Shown: piece by piece, positions 42,056 through 53,634 of the stretch
How the letters are laid out: the number at the start of each line of letters is the position of its first letter
Numbering within the stretch: the stretch's first letter is position 1
Source of the DNA: Antedon mediterranea
Taxonomy: Eukaryota > Animalia > Echinodermata
DNA: 64,000 bases
Assembly (NCBI RefSeq): GCF_964355755.1
Contig: NC_092673.1
Coordinates: 5,022,001 to 5,086,000, forward strand
Reading direction: 5' to 3'
Translations under genes and position numbers: made by a program
Notes under the pieces: generated by a model
The model's input: only the letters and a program-made list of their open reading frames with translations
Database searches by the model: none
What the model was told of the DNA's origin: nothing

Positions 42056-44194
42056 TAAACTTGAATATGAAATCTAAACACTTTTTCCAATAAACTCACG
42101 TTTAATGTTACAAGTGAGTGAACTAAATTTATTTTTCAGTAGGTTTGAAGATGGATAATTTAAAATCAATCTTCATTGGTAACAATTATTCCTTTTAAGT
42201 TGAAACCAATCTCATATTTGTCCATTTTTGTTATCTTTAAAAAGCTCACTCGATCATTAAGCTACACTTCTGCACTGCCAAGTGTTTTCTAATATTGAAA
42301 TAGTGTCTTAATTTTCCGCAATTTACATTCGTTGATGACATAAACGAGTTGTTGAAATACACGCGCACCAATTTTTTTTTTAATGAGATTGTTTGGTAAC
42401 CAGTTGTTATCGAGTAAATCCGATTCAGATGTGATAATGTTCGTTTCAAGTATATAATAAATTGATTCAAATATGTTTAAATAAACGTTTCAATTAGATT
42501 ACATTGAATTACAGTCGTAAGACATACACACTGGGTTATTTTCTCTACCATCATTTTATTTATTTTTTTTTGTCTTGTGTGGGTTCGTTCCACTTTATTA
42601 TGCTCTGTTATAAGTATAACAATATTTATACATGTGTGTGCATTTGAATATTATTTTAAAACATTATTTTTGTACCGCTACAACGTTTTGTTCCAATTAT
42701 TAATTTTCTTAAATCTGCAGTGTTGTCACGTGTATATATAAATGTATATACTTAAACCATTTGATTTTTTTTTTAATTAGGATCTGAGCTTACCTCTCTG
42801 TTTATGGTAGCCTACTCAACTTGTTAACTGGGTCGACTATTGCGTAATAATATCGATTTAAAAACCCGATAGATGCACTGATTATGTTTAAGTAACATAG
42901 TATAACTCTTGGTGGAACTTTAGATCAAAAATTAATATAATGTACGTGCTTTTCTGTGCGTGGTACGGTAATCAACGGTGGAATATTATGCCATGGTACG
43001 CTATACGATGGTTGCCCATAACATACAAATGAGTAATCATTATTAAGCCTATAAATTAATTGAACAAAACCTATTATAAAATACAATAAATTAATCGCCA
43101 TTGATAACATAATGAGTTTTAAAATAAAATATTAAATGTCACCATTGATCGTCTGTTCTTTATTATCATTATTGCCATTCTTAAAAATTGTAAAAGCAAT
43201 TATCGTCGAAAAATATAGTCCTAATATCATCATTGACATACTGTAGTACATGCTAATTTTAATCGACAATGAACAACTCGCTTGTTTCGGAGTACAATAG
43301 TAATGATAATATAACTTAGAAGAAGCTGTACAAAACTAATCTGGTAAATGAACAATAGATAACTAATTTTGTTATATTTTATGCTCATCTTAAAGCAATA
43401 AATTCCAAATTGTGCCTCTATTTATAAAGTTGAATTATATGAAAAACATGTTAATAAGTCATTAGGGTTATACAATAGGCTGTATTTTGAAGCACAATGC
43501 AACAGCGAATGTTGGTATTGTAAATATGATTATGCACTGACAAAACGAATTAAATACTGTTTGCAGACAGATGTACACCGAGACACTGTGAAATATTTTG
43601 AATACATTATATTGATTACAAAAAGACTACAAACAAACCGTATTGTTGTTGATTTATTATTATTCTTTAAGTGAAATGTTTTAAATGAGAGAATACCGGT
43701 AATGTATACATTATCACTATGTATATATCTTAAATGATGTTTTCGTTTTCGATGTAATTAATTAGCTGGAAATAAACATTTCTTTTGATTTTTTCAAAAT
43801 ATCATTAGCAAATTTTAAATAAAAAGATCGGCAAATCAATTATGAGTTCTGTTGTTATGTTAACATGAATTTAAATTAATACAATTTTTAAAAATATTTG
43901 TATTAATTAAATTTTGTTTTAAGACGATTGACGACAATTTCGTTTTAGTTTATTTGGACATATTTCGTTAAATTAATGTGCTTCGAATTAATGTTTGTAG
44001 TTTCTCTTTTAAAAAGACATTTGCCACAATAAAACGATTGATAGGCCTTTATAACAATATGGTGGTCTTCTTACTCTATCAAATTGTGTGTATTGGCGTA
44101 TACTGAACTTGAAAGTTCGACGATATACATTCAAAAAGGACAAATAAGATTTAACTTAACAAATTGTATCAAAATGGTACAAAATATAGTAGGC

Positions 44195-44797
44195 CTACCT
44201 CGGTTAAAGAGACACTCCTTTGGGCTAAACAAAGTTTCCCCCTTAAGTTTGTTTCCCCTGAGTTGTTAGCCTGAGGTATTCCCCTTTATTTGTTCCATTA
44301 AAAATGTCCCCTTAATAGTGGTGTCGCCTGATATGGGGGTTCTGTTGTTTCCCATATGAGGTTGGCCGTTTGTAAAATATACCCCAAGTTCGTTCCATTA
44401 AAATGTCCCCTTAATAGTGGTGTTGTCCCCTCATGATATGGGGTTCTGCTGTTTCCCCTGAGGGATTCGCCGTTATTAAAATATACCCCTTATTCGTTCA
44501 ATTGAATTCAATTTCAATTTCTTTTATTTCGGAAATTTTATCCATATCAACAAACAGAAAAGGTAAAAAGAAAATTCGCGAACTATAAGCTTTAAAATGT
44601 CCTCTTAATATTGGTGTCCCGTAAATATGGGGTTCTGCTGTTTCCCCTGAGGGATTCGCCGTTGTTAAAATATACCCCTTATTCGTTCAATTGAATTCAA
44701 TTTTAATTTCTTTTATAAATATACCCCTTGTTCCTTCCATTAAAAATCTCCCCTTAATAGTTGTGGTGTCCCCTGATATCGGGTTCTACTGCTGTAA
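44195..44797. repeat. Tandemly amplified MITE end (four ~100-180 bp units)
   Basis: AAAATGTCCCCTTAATAGTGGTGT...GATATGGGGTTCTG recurs at about 44301, 44400, 44595 and 44743; the last unit ends TTCTACTGCTGTA. Confidence 0.8.
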
Positions 44798-46064
44798 TAA
44801 TATGAATGTGGCTTATCTCTTTTCAAAGATGATAATAGCGATGATACTGTAGTTTGATTGAGAGTCTGTAACCGGCATTGCTTTGTTGTAGTTTTTATTG
44901 AGAATATTGTTTAACTATCGGCAAGTTTTTAGTACGAGTTAATCTAGTTTTAATTTGATTTGACAATAAAACCAGCGTTTTATTTATTTCACGTGACAAG
45001 TTTTGTGGACGATCATTAGCTAAATTATTATAATAGGCGAGGCATGTTAATTTAATTTTATTCGACTATCACGGCGGCTTTCTCTTTGAAGTGCGCTATA
45101 TCTATATCATTAAAGATAAGATATTGTTTAACCAAACAACATGAACAATTGATTAAATGTTACGGGTTTTCAATTGATGACAATGGTGTTTAATCCTTTC
45201 AAAGTACCGCTACATGTTCCGACAGAATGACCCAATCAAATACATATAAAAACACCAAGACACCGATAAATGATTTGGATATAATCTATATAGTCATTGG
45301 AAATATTAAATGTAGAATTGGTTTGTTATTTAGATGCGATTCCCACGATAAAAATCGTGTTTGCATGCCCTTCGTAAAGTTCGTCTTAACTTGTGTTCAA
45401 ACGATTCGGTAATGGACTAATTAAAGTTAAGAGTCTTTATAACGCTGTTGTGTGGCCAATGTGCCGAATTCCTGCAGTTGTGCGAACACCCAGTTTCCCG
45501 AATCCCAGTTTGCCGACTCTCAATTTGCCGAACCTTCACTGATGATATTTATAATTCTGTTTTATAGTGTAGATAATATGCAAACTCTTCTCCCTTCAGC
45601 TATGAAAGTTGCTGTCAGAAATTTCAATTCATTCCGGTAATTTTTATTATTGAAAATGAGGGTCACTGTCTTTGTTTACATTTCTATTGTCATAATTATT
45701 ATTAATATATTTTTCTATTGCATTTATAGTTTTGGTATCAGTTCTACTGTATGTCTCATTGCTTGGAGAATACATACTTACTAGTATTAACAAAATATGC
45801 TATAGGCCTACATTCAATATTTTTTGTGGGTATTTCATTTTTGTTTTCCTTTCAGACCAAGACTTCTAAAGAGACAATAATTGCTCTATGGCTCACAGAC
45901 AACTCCCAGCATACAAATTACAAACATTATCTACCGTACAGTTTATAAATATTTGTAAAATTGTGTGAAAATTGTCTATTAACGAGTTACTTATTTAAAT
46001 TAAAACTGTTGTTTTTGTTATATTTGTTGAATATTGTACATTTATAAAATCATTTTCACCCTAA

Positions 46065-46694
46065 AGGCCAATTTACACAGACGAGCGGTAACGGTAAGCG
46101 GTAATTGTAAGCGAAAAACCGCGTGGCCTTTCCCATTTACACAGCGCGCGGAGTTCGCGAACGTAGTGGTGGAAAGTAGGTGCGTGTAGGCCTCGAGGCT
46201 AATGCATGTTACAGTCACTGCTGGCCTGGATGTGACTGACTGTCAGTAGGCCTAGCACACACAGGCCGAAGTTTTAGAGGGACTTGTTGCCTAATAACGT
46301 ACTAAAATGTATATTTCCTTTACACTATCCTTATACAAACAATTATTCACGTCGTAGGTGTTTGTATTTCTGAATAAAAAGAAGTTGCAAAATAGGCTAG
46401 GCCTACTACGGCACTCGTATTTATTGTCGTCTTTGACTCGACGGACGCAAAAAAAAAGTTGTTGATAGATGACGTCATTTCAATCATATCGTTGGTTGGC
46501 CAGAATTCATAATTACCGCGCGGTAATTTCACAAAATCGAATCTGTTTCGATCCTGCTGAGCGGATTTCCGCTCAACCGCTCGTCCGCTCCGCGTTCTGT
46601 GTAAATGGTCATAAGAAATAACATAGATTCTATTTTTGCGTTTTCCGCTCAACTTTACCGCTTACCGTTACCGCTCGTCTGTGTAAATTGGCCT
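46065..46694. mobile_element. PIF/Harbinger-like non-autonomous element (630 bp) with perfect 40-bp TIRs
   Basis: AGGCCAATTTACACAGACGAGCGGTAACGGTAAGCGGTAA at the left and its exact reverse complement at the right; second inner IR CCATTTACACAG / CTGTGTAAATGG; flanks TAA / TTA. Confidence 0.9.
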
Positions 46695-47294
46695 TTAGGC
46701 CTATAGCCACTGATTGAGACTTTAATTAACATCGATCTGCCTTTATCCCCTTTCTTGTCTGCATTGAAATTCGATTGGTCTCTCGTAAAATGCAGATCAC
46801 ACAATGCTCCGACCTAATTACTGTCCAGTTCAATATAATGGTAAAATTGCTTTTGTTAATTCAAATAGATAATCTTTTGTAATAGGAAATCTATAGTCAT
46901 GGTTGATTCGCCTCACGAGGATTCTTTATATTCCCTTCTTTTATACTCTACTTTTGAGTTACATCCTAATATATTATACTCAAAGAGACCGAACCACTAG
47001 GATTAGCATACGAGTTGAATAGATTGTATAAAATCAAGATCTATCCCTATCTATCTATCTATACCCTGTATTCAATAATAACTGTTTCATTGCATTTATT
47101 TGGTAAAAGCGAAGCAATTAAAATAAAAGACAGAGCAAGGTTTAATCGGGGGTACTAGTTTTAAAACAAATACTTTCAATAACCAAGTTAATATAGTCAC
47201 ACATTCTTGCTTCATGCTTGTGATTTGCTTCCGATAAATTAGCAGTAAAATATCATACGTGATACATAAAAAGAGGAGCACTGAGCGAAGACAA

Positions 47295-47433
47295 GATCAG
47301 TAAATGACAACTTTGTTGACTTAGGGAGTGAAGTTGAAAGACTTTTGTGTTACAACCCTGGCACTAGGTCAGGATTGAACCCTGGAGCATGGGATTGGAA
47401 GGCAAACACCTTAACCACCAAGCTATAAGCTCC
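47295..47433 (-). mobile_element. tRNA-derived SINE head
   Basis: Minus strand GGAGCTTATAGCTTGGTGGTTAAGG...CAGGGTTCAATCCTG contains A-box TAGCTTGGTGG and B-box GGTTCAATCC; no intact cloverleaf. Confidence 0.6.
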
Positions 47434-48502
47434 ACTCTTTCTTACCTTATTTTTTCCCTTATTTCTTCATGTGTATTCACTGTCATCTTTCATTGCCTCT
47501 CTATTAACATCAACTTCAAACCTGAAACTTTCAGGAAAATTTAAGAAAAATAATTCTTAATTTAGCACATTGTTAAATATACATGTGGGGGTGGGGTTGT
47601 GTTTTAAGGGTCATGCGGGGTGATGTTTAAGAGATGCAATGATCTACGAGACTTGGTTAGACGTAGGCTAGGATGCGGTGATCTGCCAGGCAAAGACTTC
47701 TTTTCTGGGTGGGCCACAATAATCTACCGAAGTGACGCTTGCTGGGATAATGATCCGCTAGGCTCTCATGGAGCAATACTCTATACTTCATAGCGTAAGT
47801 GACGTAGGCTGAGTGGAATAAACCGAAAAGGCCAGTGTAATCAACACAATAACCGTGATATTGCTGCAACATAATTCTATAATAAAGTACAGTTATTGTG
47901 TAGAAGGTGACAGGATATCATGATTACATAATGCCAAACATTTAGATTAAAGCAACCTTGTTTGAAATAGACACTCGATGATTTCAAATTCACAAATTAA
48001 TCTTCCGTCGTATCCTCTAAACTATTTAATGTCTTGTTAAATTATCAGACAATGATAGCACGATTTGTCGGGATTAAGAATATTACATCGAGCAATTATG
48101 AAACCATTGAATGTGTATTTGGCGGACACACATCTTTAGGTTCCGACCCTGTGACGTGATAAGCTTCTATTTTGTGTCATTAAGTAAACATCTCAGAAAT
48201 ATCATTGTAATAATTATTATTAACAGCGTTCAGTGTAGTATTTGATACATTTAGAAAGATGACAATGAATTAATAATTGACTAATCGAAGATGAAAAGTT
48301 TGCGATTCTTACCGAAATAGATTCGAACCGGGTCTTCTGTAACTCATTTTAGTTAGACATAGACATTGATTAACTATTAGTATATTTATAGACCTGACTT
48401 CTTATTATCATATTTTGTAAATAAATAAATGTTGTACAAAGGTTTGAAAAACTATTAATTGCCTCATAGGTTTTTAGGTATTTATGAGAATTATTCTTAT
48501 TC

Positions 48503-48602
48503 TGTGATATGCCCAAATATGGTAGTGATATGACATCATTATGTCCATATATGGGCATATCACATTTTTTGCCACATAAAGTTTGATGGTGTAGACAGGG
48601 CT
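48503..48602. mobile_element. Family C MITE, truncated (one TIR)
   Basis: ...CCAAATATGGTAGTGATATGACATCAT...ATAAAGTTTGATGGTGTAGACAGGGCT|TAA. Confidence 0.8.
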
Positions 48603-49123
48603 TAAGGGGACACTTTGCTGGGTCTCGAATGTGTTCGCACTGATTATTGCAGTACATTAATAGTTTAGGCCAACACAACATGGAAACCACCAAACATAAA
48701 TGGAAATCCCATCTAAACTTAACTACAGTATTACAATTGAAAAAATAAAACAATTATAATCAAATTAAAACTACAATTAGCAAGCCGACTCATCAAATAT
48801 TGATGTCGCAAATTGTTTAGGGTTAATGATATTGACTTATTCAAGAATGTTTATATAATTATAAAATCTCTAGCAAAAGGACCCGACAGAGGTCCAGTCT
48901 ATGGGACCTTTCTATCGGATGAATTTGTATAATAAAGATAATCAAATACACAATTGATATTGATTTACGTAATTGATATCGGTCATAATGTTGGTCACAT
49001 CAAAGGATTTGCCGACGAGTTGACCAATAAGTCGGTAATTGGAACATGAAGTCACCAATGAACAGGTATTCTACTCGTTGATTAAGGTCTTTATTGAATT
49101 TATCGGTTGCCCGTCTGATCTAA

Positions 49124-49238
49124 AGCTCTGTCTACACTATCAAACTTTATGTGACAACAAATATGATGTGCCCATATATGGACATGATGATGTCATATCA
49201 CTACCATATTTAAGCATATCACTACCATATTTGGGCAC
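49124..49238. mobile_element. Family C MITE, truncated, opposite orientation to the 48503 copy
   Basis: TAA|AGCTCTGTCTACACTATCAAACTTTATGTGAC...CATATCACTACCATATTT x2. Confidence 0.8.
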
Positions 49239-49543
49239 AGAGAATAGGTTTGGGAATAAATGAGTAAATTTAAAGTGTAGCTCCGGGTTTGAAATTTCTA
49301 TTGTAAACTTTACAGCAACATTGATAATAACCTCGCTTATTGTTCTACAGTGAAGCAGAACGAGTGTCGTGAAAAGTAACAAAATATCATGAAATCTACC
49401 AAAATTGACTCTCATTGATGTAAAATTTAGGCATATTTTATGCCTATACTATCTAAAAGTGCTTACTAAATTGTATAATGACATTGAACATCAGAAGATT
49501 ATACCTCTTATAATATTCACGAAATAAACCATTGAAATGTTAA

Positions 49544-49622
<79 letters not shown>

Positions 49623-49836
49623 ATATGCCATTTTAATGTCATATAATAGTTATTCACTTTGACAAAAAACTGGATCGAAAATAAAATTATTTTTTCTGAA
49701 AAAATATAAATTAACAATTTATATTTTTGATTGTTTTTTTTTCTACAGAAATAAATAACTTTATTAAAACTGCAAATGGACTGTTCAAAGTCTGATTTAT
49801 TATCTTTATTTTTCAGGTTTTTGGGACATTACATCT
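49544..49836 (-). mobile_element. Family A MITE with (TA)n expansion at the left end
   Basis: TTAA|GGA(TA)n...body...GGGACATTACATCT|TTAA. Confidence 0.8.
49546..49619. repeat. (AT)~37 microsatellite
   Basis: Perfect alternating run. Confidence 0.98.
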
Positions 49837-50720
49837 TTAAACACGGAGCTACCCTTTAAGATAAGAATGGTATAGCAACAAACAAAAATTACATTACATT
49901 ATATTGATTGCTGTTTGCGTGCGAAGTTAAACCTAAAGGACACTAAACAATTATTCAAAAGGACTTGAAATTATTCCAACACTATCAACCAATACCAGTG
50001 TACGGTTAACTTGCATACCGTATAATATAATGTACTCGGTATTATGACGATAGATCAAGAAGAAATTGATTTCTTATCCGATGGATATTAGAAAAACACA
50101 CTGGTATGAAAAGACGCATTCAATGTCCATTCTTTGAATATTGGATATACAGACGAGTACAAAGGACCGAGTGTTAATTAGATGAGCCAGATTTAGGTCT
50201 TTAACTTTATGTTTGTAACACTTAATATACTTAACCGACTTTACTTTGTCGGCTCTTCTGAAGTTTCTTTAAGAACTGTTAATAAGTCTAAGTGTACTCT
50301 TGTTTGTTTTCTGCATTTTGCAGACTTTTCTTACGAGTGGTTCTCAGGTGCAAATTTAATAGCAACTTATAATAAAGATATGTAATTTTTTCATAAAGGC
50401 CAATAAACTTGTTCGATAGGTCATTATGAAATAATATATTTACTTATGGTGGGTGGAATCTTACATACTTTAAATACCTTTGAAATAGTTATTATATATA
50501 GGCCCAAGAAGAATATCCGACTGTGTCAGCCTACAGAAGGATAACTTAAAAATACTTGAACTAATTAAATTAATTATTATAAAATTATAAGAATTAGGAA
50601 ACCATATATCTTGTCAATTTATTTCTTTTATTTAAGCACTTGTCTTTCTTTGTGTTTGTCACACAGAAATTTATCTTTACTTTGATTCAATGTTACTTTA
50701 TTTTATTTCATAATTTTTAA

Positions 50721-51042
50721 AGATGTATTGTCCCCCAAAAACATGAAAAATAATAAAGATTAATAAAATCATACTTTGAATACTGTAGATTATTTTTGTA
50801 GTTTTAATAAAGTTAATCACTTCCAGAAAAATTAATGGTTAAATACAACCAAAAACGCCAAAAACCCATTGGTTGGCAGCCAATTTGACTATTTTTCTGC
50901 TTTAAATTACAGTTTGTTAGGTAAATACATTTTTTTTTTATCCAATTTTTTGTCAAAGTAGATAACTACTAGGTGATATTAAAATGGTATTATTCAATAA
51001 AAAGTGTTTTAAGACTTATTTTTTCAGGAGGACAATACATCT
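50721..51042 (+). mobile_element. Kolobok-like MITE, family A, complete copy
   Basis: TTAA|AGATGTATTGTCC...GGACAATACATCT|TTAA. TTAA TSD with AG...CT termini is the Kolobok signature (piggyBac starts CC). Confidence 0.9.
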
Positions 51043-51796
51043 TTAAATGAAACTTTAAAAAGAAGCACTGAGGAGAGAGAAGAGTTGTCAATGACAACTG
51101 TCTCTCCAGCCCCAGACAAATAATAAATGTAAAATTCACAATTTATTTATCTATTGTGCTGATTTCGTTTTCCCTTGCTTTCTAGAAAACGAATTTCCGA
51201 TTTTTATATCCTGTATCAATTTCATAATTCATCTAATCGCTTACAATTTAATGGCGTATTAATATCATAACTTGTCGGTTTACACGTAAAACGAATAGAA
51301 TATTGATTGCCCTGTTGATGTTTAGGAAATTGTACACTAATTATCTCTTACCGAAAGCATTAACAAATTAATGGACTCATCGACGAACGATGAAAAAAAC
51401 TTAATTGACCAATTTTATAGAAATATGAACATCATATCATATTTTTAGTACACCGAATATAGATAATGGACGCAACGGGTATTTATCTATAAATAACGTT
51501 GTCTCTTATGTGTTAAATCATTGGTTATAGGTCGCTTTTCAAAATTGCTATTTTCTTCAGTGTCATAGATAGTGCTTGGTCTTTGTGAATAACATGACCA
51601 CGTGTATGTGGTCATTGTGAATAATGACCAGCAGGTATTGAGAAATGGTCATCTCGAAGGTATAGAATCGATTCAGAATTTAGGTTATAGAGAAATGTCT
51701 ATACTGGACATGATCACCAAAACCTATCGCGTTAACCAGACTCTACCATGGAGCTAGGCCTATACGCTGGGTAGATTAAAATTATAACTATATTAA

Positions 51797-52142
51797 AGGT
51801 GTACTGTACCCCTGAAAAAATAATTCTTACAACATTTTTTGTTGAATATTTCATTTTAGTGTAACATAATAGTTATCCACTTTGAACAAAAATTGGATCG
51901 AAAAAAATTGTATTTACCTGAAAAAAATGTAATTTAAAGCAAAAAATGGTCAAATTGGCTGCCAGCTAATGGATTTTTGGTTGAAATTAACCATTTATTT
52001 TTGTCATTTTATAAGTGAAAACATTTATTTTTCTTTTTTTTTTCTATGGAAGTGATTAACTTTATTAAAACTACAAAATAACATATTCAAAGTCTGATTT
52101 AATTAATCTTCATTTTTCATGTTTTTGGGGGACAATACATCT
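51797..52142 (-). mobile_element. Kolobok-like MITE, family A, complete copy
   Basis: TTAA|AGGTGTACTGTACCCCTGAAAA...GGGGGACAATACATCT|TTAA. Confidence 0.88.
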
Positions 52143-52304
52143 TTAAAGACGAATTGAATTTAATAGAATTTAGTGTACTATATAGCCATGAAAGATTTAA
52201 CAGGAGAAATTTGCTTTAGCATTAAAACGGTCGAGAAAATGTATGATAACTTTTAAACTGTAGGGGGCGTGCTGCTCTGGATAGATTATAAAGTGTTACT
52301 ATGT

Positions 52305-52849
52305 AATGTATTGTCCCTTTGACTAATTCCAAAAAAAATTTTTTTTTTAATTTCGAAAAAAAGTGGGTAATTTTGAAGTATCATAATAGTTATTAACTTT
52401 CACAAAAAATTAGTCGGAAAAAAAAATAATTTAACCGAAATACAGATGTTTTTTTGTTCAAAAAATAACTTTGACTTCCAGTCAAAGTTTTCAATAAAAA
52501 CATATCTCATAATGCAACGCACTTATTTGGCTACTCTGTATGCATAATCATAAAACTTCCTCGCGATCTGTGTGAAAACACCTTCTCAACCGTGACGAGT
52601 TGTAAACAATCCTAATTACCATCATGAATAATGCATACTCATGGTTTGAAATCTTTGTTTACTTTCGCTTGCGACGATTTCCCAGACGAAATGTAATCTA
52701 ATTAATTTACCTGTTAAATACGTAAAATTGTTGTTTTTGGCTCGAATTTTCGACTTAAAGTGAATAACTTTAATATTACTTTGATATGGCCAATTTAAAT
52801 TTAGAATATTTTTTTTTTCATTTTTTGTGTTTCAAGGGACAATACATCT
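52305..52849. mobile_element. Longer Kolobok-like element sharing family A TIRs but with a different interior
   Basis: ATGTATTGTCCCTT...AAGGGACAATACATCT|TTAA; extended imperfect IR (AGTTATTAACTTT versus AAAGTGAATAACT). Confidence 0.75.
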
Positions 52850-53634
52850 TTAAAGATGAGAATTAAATTTAATATAATTTAATGTATTATATAGCCCTAC
52901 TAAAACATTTAACAGGAGAAATTTGCTTTAGCATCAACACGTATCATCGAGTTACCTGCTTTGACGTTTGTACATTGATTGAATTCGTTCCAATTATATC
53001 TCATGTATCATTTTAACAAGCTTAACGATTGATCAAAAGGTGTTTAGATTTGAGTAATTGCTTAAATGGACGGTCTGACTGTAACATGAAAACGAAGGAT
53101 GTTCATCTCCTTTATTATTCAATAGGCGAGGCTTAATCCGGCCGGATGGTAATCCCTGTTTTAGATTTCGGTGGGTTTGATATAATTAGCTGATTGCCTT
53201 ATCCCATTTGAGTATAGGAAGACAAGACGTGTATTCAAATCTGTCTACATCGAAAAGCAGTAGGCTACAATTAATTAAGCTATATGGACAAAAATAGTCG
53301 GTTATTGGATGCTCAGAATACTATGATCTTATGTAAATTGTAATGGGTGCATGTTTGACTTAATTAAGGGGAGCTAAGCCTCAAGGCAGGACCACCAAGG
53401 GAACTCAATAATTATACTTACTATTGGCGATTATTATTATTATTACAAAATTGTGCTACTGAGTTACTGCAGTAACTGCATTAGAATAAGCTCAACAAGG
53501 TTCCTAAAGTAAAACTCGTAATTGCTTTAAATTATATTTTTTTATATACATTATTTTCCTATATTTTACAATATCTCAATAATTATACTTACTATTGGCG
53601 ATTAAGGGATAATATCAATATTGTGCTACTGCAA

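Noticed and set aside
48370-49415. ORFs sharing the peptide CLH.QTLC....D.PIYGH.DVISLPYL
   Set aside because: The shared peptide is just the translation of family C MITE copies.
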